Shown here: piece after piece, positions 43,906-60,042 of the stretch
How positions within the stretch are numbered: the stretch's first letter is position 1
How the letters are laid out: the number at the start of each line of letters is the position of its first letter
Assembly (NCBI GenBank): GCA_964016885.1
Contig: CAXHJY010000701.1
Location: forward strand, 19,874-83,873
Direction of reading: 5' to 3'
Source: Eledone cirrhosa
Lineage: Eukaryota
DNA: 64,000 nucleotides
Program-made: the position numbers and the translations under genes
Notes under the pieces: model-generated
The model's database searches: none
Told to the model about the DNA's origin: nothing
What the model saw: the letters and a program-made list of their open reading frames with translations, nothing else

Positions 43906-44060
43906 TATATATATATATGAAATACTGGTAATAAGGTAGTAATACATTACTGCCTACCACTATTTAGGGTGTGTGTAAAATACTTACAACTGCTTAAGGT
44001 TTTGTGTTTACATAACCATAAATAGTATAACTAATACTATATATATATATATATATATAT

Positions 44061-44189
44061 AGGAACGAGTAGGACCCCGACGGCTGAGCTCAAGCCGTTT
44101 CGACGGCTAATTCTGGCTCAGCCGTCGGGGTCCTACTCGTTCCTATTACCCACTCTACTACCCTAAGTATTGAGTACTTTGGTGCGTTA
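44061..44189 (+). mobile_element. Family A fold-back module
   Basis: AGGAACGAGTAGGACCCCGACGGCTGAGC ... GCTCAGCCGTCGGGGTCCTACTCGTTCCT plus tail. Confidence 0.85.
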
Positions 44190-44769
44190 TATATATATAT
44201 TCAGCCACCAGACATGATGGTTAGTTGCAATATAAGCGACCATTTGCCGAACGAATAAACAGTTCTGGATAGATAGCTGTAAACTACTAGGGGAGATGGA
44301 GCAATGGATGACACATTTAGCTCCCAAGTAAACCTTTACACCCCATTGATGTACATATAACTAGGCGAGTAAAGGCCTTGGGCGAGTAAAGGCCCTGGGC
44401 GCTTGACTCTGGCAAAAATTTGAACTCAGAATATAAAAGGCTGTGAGTAAGATACGTACACCAAATTAACTGACGCTCTATTGATTTTGCAAACTAATCA
44501 CTAAAACTGATGACGATGATGTTAATGTTGTTAATGACAATGACAATGATGACAATGATGATGATGATGATGATGATGGTGGTGATGGTGATGATAATGA
44601 TGATGATGATGTTGAGGTGGAGGTGGAGGAGGCTATTACTATATATATATAGGTAGGGTGCGGCATATGTACGCGAATTCATAAAGTCGCACGTGTGTTT
44701 AGAACAAACCTCAAACGTAGTCGATCAAACACACGCCTACACATCTGCACACGTACACATACACACTCT

Positions 44770-44828
<59 letters not shown>

Positions 44829-45689
44829 GCATGTATAAATATGCGTGAGTATGTGTGTGTGTTTTTGCATTCATGAAGAACACAATATAATTAGTAACCA
44901 AGTGAGTAGTAATGGCGGAGGAATGAGTGGTGTGTGTGTGTTTGTGTATATACATGTGTGTGTGTCTCCGTGTATATGATTATATATGTATATATATATA
45001 TGTGTGCATGAGTATTTGATTATATGTGTATATATGTGTATATATATATGTGTGTGTGTGTCCGTGTATATGATTATTTGTGTATATATATATGTGTGTA
45101 TTTGATTATGTGTATATATATATATGTGTGTGTGTGTGTCCGTGTATATGATTATTTGTGTATATATATATATATGTGTGTATATATATATGTGTGTGTG
45201 TGTGTATTTGATTATGTGTATATATATATATGTGTGTGTGTCCGTCCGTGTATATGATTATTTGTGTATATATATATGTGTATATATATATATATATGTG
45301 TGTGTGTGTATTTGATTATGTGTATATATATATATATATGTGTGTGTGTGTCCGTGTATATGAATATATATGTATATATGTGTGTATACGTCCGTGTATA
45401 TGATTATATATGTATATGTGTGTATGTATGTGTGTGAATATCTTTACACTGATGTAGTTGACACAAATTCGCCAAAAAACAATTCAATAATGTTATCACA
45501 AACAAATGCATTATATTTTCATTATCATTTTTCTTACTAACATTATTATTATTACTATTGTTCTTGTTGTTGATGTTCTTGTTGTTGATGTTGTTGTCGT
45601 TACTTCCTTTAAATTTCCAATATACATTAAATATTGCTTCCTACATTATAGTGGATTTCTAGAGTGTGTTATTTTAATATTTATTTTTG

Positions 45690-46142
45690 ATCTTCTTCTT
45701 CTTCTTCTTCTTCTTCTTCTTCTTCTTCTTCTTCTTCTACATTTTCTTATTATTATTTTTCTTCTTTTTCTACCTTTTCTTCTTCTTCTTCTTCTTCTTC
45801 TTCTTCTTCTTCTTCTTCTTCTTCTTCTTCTTCTTCTTCTTCTTCTTCTTCTACCTTTTCTTCTTCTTCTTCTACCTTTTCTTCTTCTTCTTCTTCTTCT
45901 TCTTCTTCTTCTTCTTCTTCTTCTTCTTCTTCTACATTTTCTTCTTATTATTTTTCTTCTTTTTCTACCTTTTCTTCTTCTTCTTCTTCTTCTTCTTCTT
46001 CTTCTTCTTCTTCTTCTTCTTCTTCTTCTTCTACATTTTCTTCTTATTATTTTTCTTCTTTTTCTACCTTTTCTTCTTCTTCTTCTTCTTCTTCTTCTTC
46101 TTCTTCTTCTTCTTCTTCTTCTTCTTCTTCTTCTTCTTCTTC
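45690..46142. repeat. (CTT)n tract with repeated interruption blocks
   Basis: CTACATTTTCTT.TTATTATTTTTCTTCTTTTTCTACCTTTT occurs three times. Confidence 0.95.
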
Positions 46143-46603
46143 ATGTACTCCGGTGCAATTTTATGCATGTATGTATATGTATGTATGTGTGTATGTGTGT
46201 ATGTGTATGTGTGTGTGTATGTGTGTGTGTATATGTGTGTGTGTATATGTGTGTGTGTGTATGTGTGTGTATGTGTGTATGTGTGTATGTGTGTGTGTGT
46301 GTGTATGTGTATCTGTATCTGTGTATTGAATTTTGGATTTTGCATGAGTGGATGTTTATATCTGTGTACATATATGTAGGTGTGTGTATGTCCATCCATA
46401 TATAGACTTACATACACACATATTTATGTATGTATACATACATACATACATATATGTATATATATATAAACATATATGTATATATATATATATATATATG
46501 GAAAAAATGAAATTTCATATATATATATATATATATAAATATACATATATGTATATATATATATATATATATGAACAGATATAAATATATAGATACGTAT
46601 GTG

Positions 46604-46651
<48 letters not shown>

Positions 46652-46870
46652 TATGTATATATATATATATATATATACGTATACACTAATCTGAACACAC
46701 ACACACACACACACATATATATACACACATATATATATATATATATATACGTATACACTAATCTGAACACACACACACACACACACATATATATACACAT
46801 ATATATATATATATAAATACGTATATTAACATATATGAACACATACATACACACACACACACACACATAA

Positions 46871-46957
<87 letters not shown>

Positions 46958-47383
46958 TAAACAAACACAGCAGTATACGTATACGTACACATGGACAACT
47001 CGTATAGTGTAGGAAAGGATGCGTTGGTGAGATTCGTAGGGAGTTCTCCCTTCTTAAATGTCTCTGATGAAACTTCAAATCAGTGTGGGCAAGACTCTAA
47101 TTTTCAGTATCGGATTAGTGTTGAAAGAAAACTAACGTAAGGTCAAGTAGGATTAACTAAGGAACACCTAATCCTTTCCTGTTTCTTCATATATTTTCAT
47201 TTCATTGCTCCATACCCTTATTATTTATTTATTTATTTATTCATTTATTGTTATTGTTGTTGCTGTTGTTGTTGTTGTTGTTGTTGTCATTGTTGTTTTT
47301 GTTACTATGTTCTTTTTCTTCATTTTTTTTGTCATTAAAATGTTATTATTAGTAGTTCATACGATTCATATACGTATATATAC

Positions 47384-47460
<77 letters not shown>

Positions 47461-47461
47461 G

Positions 47462-47492
<31 letters not shown>

Positions 47493-47533
47493 TATATATA
47501 TATATATACACACACATATATATATATATTTAT

Positions 47534-47660
<127 letters not shown>

Positions 47661-48060
47661 TACATATATACATATACACATATATACACATATACATATA
47701 TATATATAGACACACATAAATACATATATACACACACACACACACACACATATATTATCCTTCCTCTGAAATTGATTGTTTTTGTTCTGTTATGCCTGGT
47801 TGTTGTTACTTCCATTTCCTATATTATAAATTTCAAGTGGTTTCACTGGGTCCCTCTTTCTGCCATCGACTTCACATCTTCAACTAACCCCTTCCACCTC
47901 TTTTCTTATCATCTTTTATTTTTCCCCTCTTCCTCTTCATTACCTATACGTATGTATACATACACACACATACAGACACATACAGACACATACAGACACA
48001 TACACGAAGTCCCTTATATACACAAATGTATATAATTTACTATGCATACACACACACACT

Positions 48061-48118
<58 letters not shown>

Positions 48119-48151
48119 CACTAACCAATAACTATATATATTTATTTAAAC

Positions 48152-48200
<49 letters not shown>

Positions 48201-48202
48201 CG

Positions 48203-48297
<95 letters not shown>

Positions 48298-48322
48298 ATA
48301 TATACATATATATATATATATC

Positions 48323-48386
<64 letters not shown>

Positions 48387-48519
48387 GTGTATATATATAT
48401 ATATCATGTATATAAACACATTTTCTGGAGTAATATATATTTAATACAAACATGTATTTATGTATATTCTATACATCTCACACTCACACATATATATATA
48501 TCAACATATGTATATATAT

Positions 48520-48590
<71 letters not shown>

Positions 48591-48642
48591 CATACATATA
48601 TACATATATATATACATATATATATATATATATTTATATATA

Positions 48643-48684
<42 letters not shown>

Positions 48685-48959
48685 TACATATATAGACATA
48701 CATATATACACACACACATATATATGTATATATATGTATGTATATGAATGTACATACGGGTGTATAGTATAGATGGTTCAAGTATGTGATTATGCATTTG
48801 ATGGTAAAGCCATGTTGAGCGCGGGGCTGGATAAGATGGCTGAAGGCCGTTGGTGAGCTGAGGATAAATGCTATAATACTCTACAGCTACCACTTCACTG
48901 TTTACTGGCGCGGAAACGTTTCATTGCTGAGACCGTCAGCACTACTGTTTCCTGTAGAT

Positions 48960-51142
48960 GATGGTGGTGGTGGTGGTGGTGGTGGTGTTGGTGGTGGTGG
49001 TGGTGGTGGTGTTGGTGGTGGTGGTGGTGGTGGTGTTGGTGGTGGTGGTGGTGGTGGTGTTGGTGGTGGTGGTGGTGGTGATGGTGGTGGTGATTGTGGT
49101 GGTTTTGGTGTTGGTGGTGTTGGTGGTGGTGATGGTGGTGGTGGTGGTGGTGTTGTTGTGTGGTGGTGGTGGTGGTGGTGGTGGTGGTGGTGGTGATGGT
49201 GGTGGTGATTGTGGTGGTGGTGGTGGTGGTGGTGGTGATGGTGGTGGTGGTGGTGGTGGTGGTGGTGGTGGTGGTGGTGATGGTGGTGGTGGTGATGGTG
49301 GTGGTGGTGGTGGTGGTGGTGGTGGTGGTGGTGGTGATGTGGTGGTGGTGGTGGTGGTGGTGGTGGTGGTGGTGGTGGTGGTGGTGTTGGTGGAGGTGGT
49401 GGTGGTGGTGGTGGTGGTGATGGTGGTGGTGATTGTGGTGGTTTTGGTGTTGGTGGTGTTGGTGGTGGTGATGGTGGTCGTGGTGATGGTGTTGGTGTTG
49501 GTGGTTGTATTGGTGGTGATATTGGTGGTGTGGTGGTGGAGGTGGTGATGGTGGTGGTGATGGTGTTGGTGTTGGTGGTGTTGGTGGTGGTGATGGTGGT
49601 GGTGGTGGTGGTGGTGATATTGGTACTGATGGTGGTGGTGTTTGGTGGTGGTGGTGGTGATGGTGGTGGTGATGGTGTTGGTGTTGGTGGTGTTGGTGGT
49701 GTTGGTGGTGATGGTGGCGGTGGTGGTGATATTGGTACTGATGGTGGTGGTGTTGGTGGTGGTGGTGGTGATGGTGGTGGTGATGGTGTTGGTGTTGCTG
49801 ATGTTGGTGGTGGTGATGGTGGTGGTGGTGGTGGTGGTGATATTGGTACTGATGGTGGTGGTGTTGGTGTTGGTGGTGGTGATGGTGGTGGTGATGGTGT
49901 TGGTGTTGCTGGTGTTGGTGGTGGTGATGGTGGTGGTGGTGGTGATATTGGTACTGATGGTGGTGGTGTTGGTGGTGGTGGTGGTGATGGTGGTGGTGAT
50001 GGTGTTGGTGTTGGTGGTGTTGGTGGTGGTGATGGTGGTGGTGGTGGTGGTGGTGATATTGGTACTGATGGTGGTGGTGTTGGTGGTGGTGGTGGTGGTG
50101 GTGGTGGTGATGGTGGTCGTGGTGATGGTGGTGATGATGGTGGTGGTGGTTGTATTGGTGGTGATGGTGGTGATGATGGTGGTGATGATGGCGGTGGTGA
50201 TGGTGGTGATGATGGTGGTGATGATGGTGGTGGTGGTGGTGGTGATGATGGTGGTGGTGATGGTGGTTGTATTCTTCCTGGCTGTGGTTGGCGTGTTGAT
50301 GGTGGTGTTGTTGGTGGTGATGGTGATAATGGTGGTGGGTTTGGGATAGTGGTGTTGGAGGGTGGTGGTGTTGGCGGGTAGTGTTGGTGTTAATGTTGGT
50401 TGTGTTGTTGGTGGTGATGGTGATAATGGTGGTGGTGTTTGGGATAGTGGTGTTGGAGGTGGTGGTGTTGTTGGTGGTGATGGTGATAATGGTGGTGGTG
50501 TTTGGGATAGTGGTGTTGGAGGTGGTGGTGTTGTTGGTGGTGATGGTGATAATGGTGGTGGTGTTTGGGATAGTGGTGTTGGAGGTGGTGGTGTTGTTGG
50601 TGGTGATGGTGATAATGGTGGTGGTGTTTGGGATAGTGGTGTGGAGGTGGTGGTGTTGTGGTGGTGATGGTGTATGGTAGGTGGTGTGTTGGGATAGTGG
50701 TGTTGGAGGTGGTGGTGTTGGCGGTAGTGCTGGTGGTGGTGGTATTCTCCTGGCTGTGGTTTGATGTCATGGTTTGATGTTGGGGGTCGTGTCTCGCTGG
50801 TGGGCGGCGTCGGGGGTGACTATGCTTGGGCAGTAGTTCGCGGCGGGGGTGGAGGCGTCGCTGGCTGGTGGTGGCAGTGGCAGAAGACATCGTCATGGTT
50901 GCGGTTGCGGTTGTAGTGTTAGTCGTAGTAATTGCATTAAGGTGGTGGTGGTGGTGGTGTAGCTGTTTGTGTGTGTGGGGTTAGTTGTTGTTGTTGTCGT
51001 CGTGGTGTGGAGGTGGGGGCCCAAGGTTGTGACACCACTGGCAGTGTTGGGGAGGATGGTAGTCGTATTGGTGTAGATGATGGTGATGGTGATGGTTACT
51101 GTGACAGTCGAGGATGTGACACTAATGGCGGACGATAAGTTG

Positions 51143-51174
<32 letters not shown>

Positions 51175-52150
51175 GGTGGTGGTGGTGGTGGCGGTGGAGG
51201 TTTTATTTATCAGGATATTATGTCGTGATGGTGGTGGTGGTGGTGTTGGTGGTAGCGGTGATACGGGGCTATGGTGGTGGTGGTGGTGGTGTTGGTGGTA
51301 GCGGTGATACGGGGTTATGGTGGTGGTGGTGTTGGTGGTGGAGTTGGAGGAGATATTCAGTTGTGGTGGTGGTGGTGGTGGTGGTGGTGGTGGTGGAAAA
51401 GATATTGGGTGGCGATGGTGGTGGTGATGGTGGTGGTGGTGTTGGTGGTGGAGTTGGAGTAGATATTCAGTTCTGGTGGTTGTGGTGGTGGTGGGGGTGG
51501 TGGTGGTGGTGGTGGGGGTGGTGGTGGTGGAAAAGATATTGGGTGGCGATGGTGGTGGTGATGGTGGTGGTGGAGGAGATATTTGGTGGTGTTGGTGGAC
51601 GTGGTCCAGGAAGGGTTGTTTGCGACGGCCGTGGTGGTGGTGGTGGTAGTGGTGGTGGTAGTGGTGGTGGTTGTGGTGGTGGTGGGTGTTGGCAGCAAGG
51701 GCAATGGAGGTGGGTGAGTTATTAGTATTGTTGTTGTTGTGGTGATGATGTTGATGGTGGTGGTTGTGCTTGTGGTTGTGTTGGCAGTGATAGCAGTGGT
51801 GGTGGTGGTGGTGGTGTTGATATCAGTGATGATGGTGGTTGTGATTGTGGTTGTGTTGGCAGTGGTGGTGGTGGTGGTGGTGGTGGTGGTGGTATCAGTG
51901 ATGATGATGGTTGTGACTGTGGTTGTGTTGGCAGCGATAGCAGTGGTGGTGGTGTTGGTGTTGATATCAGTGATGATGGTGGTTGTGCTTGTGGTTGTGT
52001 TGGCAGCGATAGCAGCAGTGGTGGTGGTGGCGGTGGTGGTGGCAGCAAGGGAAATAGATGTGGGTGAGTTATTGTTGTTGGTGGTTGTGGATGTGGGCGA
52101 GGTGCTGGTGGTAATGGTAATGGTGGTGGTGGCGGTGGTGGTATTGATGA
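48960..52150. repeat. 3.2-kb cryptic (GGT)n low-complexity region with higher-order units
   Basis: 63-bp unit at 50441, 50504, 50567 and 50630; GATATTGGTACTGAT blocks at 49616-50070. Confidence 0.9.
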
Positions 52151-52299
52151 TGAAAAATGGCTGTTAATCAGTGGGGTTGAGCCGATGACATGCCAGAGAG
52201 TAGATATATAAAGCCCAGGGGAGCACTAGTCAGTCGTGCTGACAATACCGGAACGATTATTATCCATTCAGGAAGAAAATGAAATACATTCAGATGGGA

Positions 52300-52775
52300 A
52301 AAAGAAGAAGAAGAAGAAGAAGAAGAAGAAGAAGAAGAAGAAGAAGAAGAAGAAGAAGAAGAAGAAGAAGAAGAAGAAGAAGAAGAAGAAGAAGAAGAAG
52401 AAGAAGGAGGGGAGGAGAAGGAGAAAAAGAAGAAGAAAAAGAATGGGAAGAAGAAGAAGAACGAGGAGGAGGGTGAGGCGAAATAAAAGACGAAGAAGAA
52501 GAAGAAGAAGAAGAAGAAGAAGAAGAAGAAGAAGAAGAAGAAGAAGAGGAGGAGGCGAAATAAAAGAAGAAGAAGAAGAAGAAGAAGAAGAAGAAGAAGA
52601 AGAAGAAGAAGAAGAAGAAGAAGAAGAAGAAGAAGAAGAAGAAGAAGAAGAAGAACGACGCGGAGGGAGAGGCGAAATAAAAGAAGAAGAAGAAGAAGAA
52701 GAAGAAGAAGGAGAAGGAGGGGAGGAGAAGGAGAAAAAGAAGAAGAAAAAGAAGAGGATGAAGAAGAAAAATTAG
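52300..52775. repeat. (GAA)n tract with duplicated interruptions
   Basis: GAGGCGAAATAAAAGA occurs three times within (GAA)n. Confidence 0.95.
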
Positions 52776-53003
52776 GAGAAAACGACGAAACAGATGAAGA
52801 CGAAGAAACAAATATATAAAAAAGATGATATAATAAAAATTAAAAAAACAACAATGAAAACCGCAATATATAGATTATATTGTTGTTGTCATTGTTGTTG
52901 TCACTGTTGTTGTTGTTGTTGTTGTTGTTGTTCTTCTTCTTCTTCTTCTTCTTCTTCTTCTTCTTCTGCTTCTTCTTCATCTTCTTCTAATCCAACAGCC
53001 GCA

Positions 53004-53061
<58 letters not shown>

Positions 53062-53062
53062 A

Positions 53063-53247
53063 TAATTGTTTCTACTTTAGGCACAAGGCCAGCAATTAAC
53101 CAGTACATTACTGGTACTTTATTTTATCGAACCCGTAAGGATGAGAGGCAAAGTTAACCTTGACGGGATTTGAACTCAGACCGTAAAGGGCCGTCTCTCT
53201 TTGCTGCAAAGCATGGCGTCCGACCCTCTACAGATACTGCCAATTCG
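53063..53247 (-). mobile_element. SINE family 1, near full length
   Basis: Reverse complement of the SINE1 consensus, with tail running into (CTA)n. Confidence 0.9.
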
Positions 53248-53249
53248 CA

Positions 53250-54000
53250 AATGGTTTCATTTTTGGCAACAAGGGCCGACATATAAGGGACAATACAAGG
53301 ACAGGGGGGAGGGTTTACAATAAAATTGTGTAAAAATACACAAAAACAATTGACATTTAAAAAATATCAAACATACATTATATAAAAATATAACAATATA
53401 ACTTCCCCAATAGGAGGTTGAAACACCCAGGTGGCGACTCATACCCTACCAATCCTAAACCCTCCGACGCTTTGATGGCACACAGGAAGGGCATCCTTCT
53501 CCTCCTCAAGTTAACCAGCGGGCTATTCTCGTCACATTCACCCACCTTTTAACAAATGTACTGGGGAGTAATATTTCTCTCTCCACCTTACCTTCCTTTC
53601 CAAGTAAAACTCGAAAACGTTGATGAGGGGTTGGCCGAATAGAAAAGTATCTGTCTTTAGTCCTTCCAGCTTGGTCCACCACACAACCCCTTTAGCTACC
53701 ACCACCAGAGAGAGGAAAAATGGCTGCCGTTCCCAGTCGAAAGAAGGCGGTGGGCCGATCTTTACTATGGACTCGGTGGATAGCTAGATTCGTCCCACAG
53801 CTGTTCGACATAACACCACATGTCAGTAATGCACGGACACTGGGCGAGTGCGTCCAGAACGCTTTCGTCGTTCTTCGTGCATCTCGGGTAGGTCCGTCTG
53901 ACAGCACTTCCATGCCTATAAAGTTTCTCTCGAACCGGCAATGGCCCCCGGTAGCACTGCCAAGCGAGAGATTTCTGGAAGTTATCCATAACCCCGGCTT
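53250..54000 (-). pseudogene. Tx1/L1-like LINE 3' end (zf-RVT region plus 3' UTR)
   Basis: MDNFQKSLAWQCYRGPLPVREKLYRHGS..YPRC..NDESVLDALAQCP..W (decayed CxxC..E...H...C finger), then VVWWTKL..KTDTFL.GQ.LIN.F, with frameshifts. Confidence 0.8.
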
Positions 54001-56365
54001 ATTTGAGTATCGTTTCTAAATATACAATACATTTTGTAATGTATGTTTATGCTGTTTTCTAAATCTACAGGTTTGCTTCAAGTCTTAACTATACAAATTA
54101 TACTTTACGTCGCAGTCCTCAATAAAATCATTGAAATAATCATGAACACCATTCGGTTTCATTCCAGAAGTTACATGAATACATATAATAGTGTATTTCT
54201 AGCTTTGGAATTATAGAAAATCGATCGACAGATTGGTAAGAAGCGCAAAACGATTATTAGGTAACGTATCGAAGCTAAACATTCGTTTTTCAATTGGCAA
54301 AACATTCGTAGACACTCACACACGTATATAACTACACATATGGGCTTACAAACACGCACGCACTCACTTACTCACTCACACACAAACACAGGCACACTCG
54401 CACATGCAGCTATGTACACAAACATATACACAAGTGTACATAAACATACACGCAAGTGTATACAGAAATACACAACAATCAATCATAGAAACACCCACAC
54501 ATGGCTTCAGAGGCATACATATATATATTCCGAGCGCTGTCTGTCATAGAGAAGAAATGTTACACTGTCAAAATTGTCTTATTGGTTTGACCTAGTTGAC
54601 CTGACCTCGTATGACATGACCTTAAACAGGTTCACCAAATGTTTCTGCTTCCGACGAGAAAATGCCAGCAAACCAATAAAATGTATTCCCCGAGTTTGAT
54701 TCTTCATTTTTTTTTCTCTTTTAGTCGAGTAACCTACACACACACACCCTCTCTCTCACACACACTCACTCACATACAGACACACAACACTCTCACACAC
54801 ACATATATACGCACTCACACAAATACACGCATATATTTATATGTATGTATACATACACTCACACTCATATACACACACACATATACATATATGTATATGA
54901 AGTATGTTCTAAAAGGAAAGCATAATTTAACGTTGATCTTTAATTAAAAACCGTTAATACATATACGGCAAACACACATACGCAGATAATCGCTTACATA
55001 CATATGTACATACATACACATATTCGTATGTACGTACATACGCACATACCTACATATACATACATAGATGCATGTGTAAAAACGTACAGTACATGCCTAG
55101 ATACATACATACGTACATATATTGGAACCCACTGTACAACCATTTCATATTTAAGGAAGTTAAGTTAGGACCGGCCTAGTCATCACATAGAGCTGTGTAA
55201 TTTTAGAAATCTAGGTGCTGCAAGCTTACATATTTATGGGAGAGTTTGTTGGGCTAGAGTTAAACTGTCATCCGTTTAACACAACAATTCCCAATTTGAG
55301 CTAAGAACCCTCCCACCCCAAGCCAGTGCGGGTGCTGGAAGGTAAGAAGATATGGGTGGGAAGGTGCAAAGTACAAATTAGTATTTGCTTCTAAAACTAT
55401 TAGATAAAGTTATTTAAGAAATCTTTTAAGAAAGTTAGTAAACAACTCATGAAGATTTAACTTCCAATGTATAACGTCTCATGAAAATTAAAGTACTGAT
55501 AAAATATATTCTGTAAAAGGCAGCGATAGTAAAAAATAAAATAAAATGAGGAACATGGGTTTAATATCAAGCTCTGACACTTTAGCGGCGTTTATTTTGT
55601 TACAGGAATTCGAACCAATTCTCCTATCTAAACATGATTATCATTGTCTCGGCGACCCTGGAAAATAGCATTCGCGTTGGCATTTGACTAAAGTTTAGTA
55701 ACTAAACCAATAGAAAGAGGAACAATTAGTTTGTAACTAAACTGATGTTTCATTCTCAAACATACTTGGGTAGTACCCTCGTGATTACTTTGTTCAACCT
55801 ATTTCAAATATCAGCTAATTATCCTTCAAAACACACCTCGTACCGTCTCAAAATGGAAATAAGCAAACAGCGTATTTCCTGGCATTGGGGGTACTCCAAC
55901 ATTTAATGTTTTTGACGCACCACTCTGTTGAGTAGAAATATTTCGAAAATAACATTTTACCATAAAATTACTAACGTAACCTTCCACCTCGAAGATGAAG
56001 GGTAAATTTTCCAGATTAATTTTAAGGCAAAATACAGGAAATAAAGTATTATGGTTGGCAAAGAAAAAGGTGATAATCAGGGTTAAAAGGAATCGGATCA
56101 TAAATTTTACACCAATTCTTTACGTTCATCAACAAAATGGTTGAGGGAATATGCTTCACGAGAAGATTCTGCATAATATATACAAATATAGTGTTTTTCT
56201 TTACATATGTAACAATCTAAGATGAAAAAAATATAGACCTAGAGGGAGATTTTATCAGCAAATTGCTTGAAATGTCTCAGTTAATTGGGGACTTGAAACT
56301 CAGTAAATTACATATGTAAGAACCCACATTATTTGTGTATATACACTTACACACACACACACAAA

Positions 56366-56406
<41 letters not shown>

Positions 56407-56518
56407 GTATATATACATATATAATTACACACACACACACACATATAGATATAGATATACATCACACACATACACAAACATGGTAGGTGTGAATGTGGAG
56501 GGAATTACCTATATTTGG

Positions 56519-56562
<44 letters not shown>

Positions 56563-56573
56563 AACACGGGATA

Positions 56574-56672
<99 letters not shown>

Positions 56673-57523
56673 CTTAATTACCTGAGAATATGAGCGCTAA
56701 TGATATGCAAATTAGTACATCCATTTCAGGATACTACTCTATATGACAGGGTATGTAAGAACCTCAAATAAGTATCTTCTTGTAGTTGTTTACATGTTAT
56801 ACATACCATCTAATGGAAGCCCACCTTGGCTTGGAAACCGGTGAAAGGGGTGTTATCAATTTTTTTTTATTTACAGTGAAATATGTATATTAAGCATGCT
56901 TGCATGTATATATCCTAAATTGTGTACAATTTTATACATATTTACGCAGTCTCGGTTACTTTTATTCTATGTACATATATGTGTCTGAGTATGCGCATGT
57001 ATGAATTGAGACGGGGGCGGGGGTATTATAGTTAAAACGATATATAGTCGTATTGATTATAGAGAGAAAGTGAGATAAATTGACAAATGTACGCATACGT
57101 ACATGCATATATACATATATACATATCTATATGCATACATATATATATACATACTATGTATGTATATATATATATATGTATACATATAGATATTTATATA
57201 TGTATATATGCATGAACGTATGTACATGGATGTATAGATATGTATATATGTATATATGCATGTACGTATGTACATACGTACATGCATATATACATACATA
57301 TATACATATATATATACCTACAAGAACACATACCTACCTGCATACATGCAGGCATCCATACATACACATATGTATGCACATATAAATATATATATATATA
57401 TATCTTTATACACACGTATTTACATACACACAGACATACATATACACATACGTACATGCATACATATATACATATATGCGTACATAATCATATCCATACA
57501 TATATACATATATTCATATATAT

Positions 57524-57622
<99 letters not shown>

Positions 57623-58181
57623 AAAAAAATTGTGAAATTATAAGACCAGAATAATATACATATATACACAAACATAAATATCTATATACAAATATAGCTA
57701 TACAGCTACACATACATCCACACATCTATCCTTACGCATAACCAGAAGCATGGCAGGCAATTTGCACTGAATAAATATATTTATCATACCACACTTAATT
57801 GCTTCAGGTTACTAAGGGCAGTGAGTAAAAAAAAAAAAAAAAATTTTAACAACGAAGTGAAAACGAATTTGAATAAAGCAGTGAGAAAAATAAAAGACAA
57901 CATTCGAAACAGTTATAGTAGTGATAGAGTTTGACATCTTGATGTCACAATGATGGTGCCAAAAAAAAAAAAAAAATGTAATAATAATAATAATAATGAT
58001 GATAATAATGGTGACAATAATGATAATGTTAAAAAGACGTTTTGATTTAGAAGTGAATGTTAAGTTTTGTCAATTTCTATACTATCAATTTGATCTGAAA
58101 TTTTCACATCACATCACATACCATATTATAAATTAATATATACATGTAAATATATGTATGTATATATATATATATATATAT

Positions 58182-58262
<81 letters not shown>

Positions 58263-58281
58263 CATATATGTATATATTTAA

Positions 58282-58319
<38 letters not shown>

Positions 58320-58422
58320 GCATATATATATATATATATACATATACATACGTATATATATCATATTATATTCTATACATACATACATAATATATATATA
58401 TATATATATCATATTCTAAGTA

Positions 58423-58456
<34 letters not shown>

Positions 58457-58619
58457 CACATACATAAGTAAAAGAATAAAGAGAGAAAAAATCGAAGCCA
58501 ATCACTCAACATCATTCGACCTCCCGTAACTTATGATTGACACCGCTTCATGAACCTTAGCAAAACTTCTTGTCGTTTCATTTTCCTCGAAACTATTATC
58601 AAATTATATATAATAAATA

Positions 58620-58850
58620 AACCAGAAAACAAACAAATAAACAAGTAAATAAATAAATAAATAAATAAATAAACAAGTAAATAAATAAATAGATAAATAA
58701 ATAACAAGTAAATAAATAAATAGATAAATAAATAAACAAGTAAATAAATAAATAGATAAATAAATAACAGATAAATAAATAAATAAATAGATAAATAAAT
58801 AAACAAGTAAATAAATAAATAGATAAATAAATGTATAGATAAATAAATAA
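58620..58850. repeat. (TAAA)n-derived repeat
   Basis: Direct inspection. Confidence 0.95.
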
Positions 58851-58914
58851 TACATAATGTGAAAGAATAACTATAGCGTGGAGAATTTCTTTATGAAATT
58901 TCTATTAGATTATA

Positions 58915-58982
<68 letters not shown>

Positions 58983-59043
58983 TGGTTTTCTTACACTGTT
59001 TTGTTTTCATCTTGTTGTTTTTACACACACCTACACACACACA

Positions 59044-59081
<38 letters not shown>

Positions 59082-59114
59082 TAGATAGATAGATACATAG
59101 ATACATACGTATAT

Positions 59115-59272
<158 letters not shown>

Positions 59273-59332
59273 TTATATATATTTATATAAATATATATGT
59301 ATGTATATATATTTATATATATATATGTATGC

Positions 59333-59406
<74 letters not shown>

Positions 59407-59446
59407 GTAGATATATACATATATATACATATAAATGTATATATGT

Positions 59447-59477
<31 letters not shown>

Positions 59478-59971
59478 GTACATATATATATATATATATA
59501 TTTATATAAATGTATATATGTTATATATATATATATATATATAATCTGTCAGTAATTTGTCAAATATGTTACGAAATCACATCTTATTTGCTTATTAAAA
59601 CAATTTGATTCTAACAATACATAACAAGTATTAAGAAAATTTAAATTATTTTTCTAAGGATTTTTTTCCAGAAATATTTACTGTCTAATCATAATTCTGT
59701 TGCTGATTGTGGCAGATTTCATGGCCACAAAGGATTCCTTATGTAATCCTTCTCCACTCCATCTCCCTCCCCTCCTCCACTTCATCTCCCCTCCTCGCCC
59801 CTCCTTCCCTCCCCTCCCCTCCTCCTCCACTTACTGTCCGCCCATCTCCCACTTCCCACCCCCCCGACACACCTCACCCCCTCCCTTCACCACCCTCCAT
59901 AACTTCATAGTCAACGACGTATCTCTCATCGTTGTTGTGGTGGTGGTGGTGGTCTCCACCGTCGTCGCCAC

Positions 59972-60020
<49 letters not shown>

Positions 60021-60042
60021 GATATTATGAGTTGATTATTAT

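Noticed and set aside
47064-47100. CTGATGA as a further hammerhead or C-box
   Set aside because: No helix II followed by GAAA and no helix I complement found
52205-52235. TATA box plus Inr (TATATAAAG ... TCAGTC)
   Set aside because: Spacing is slightly short, the downstream ATG leads straight into (GAA)n, and TATA matches are uninformative in this TA-rich DNA
56806-56850. CTAATGG AAGCC cacctt GGCTT GGAAA CCGG TG as an HHR
   Set aside because: Probably a decayed copy, but with three core or cleavage-site deviations and no clear helix I it is not callable
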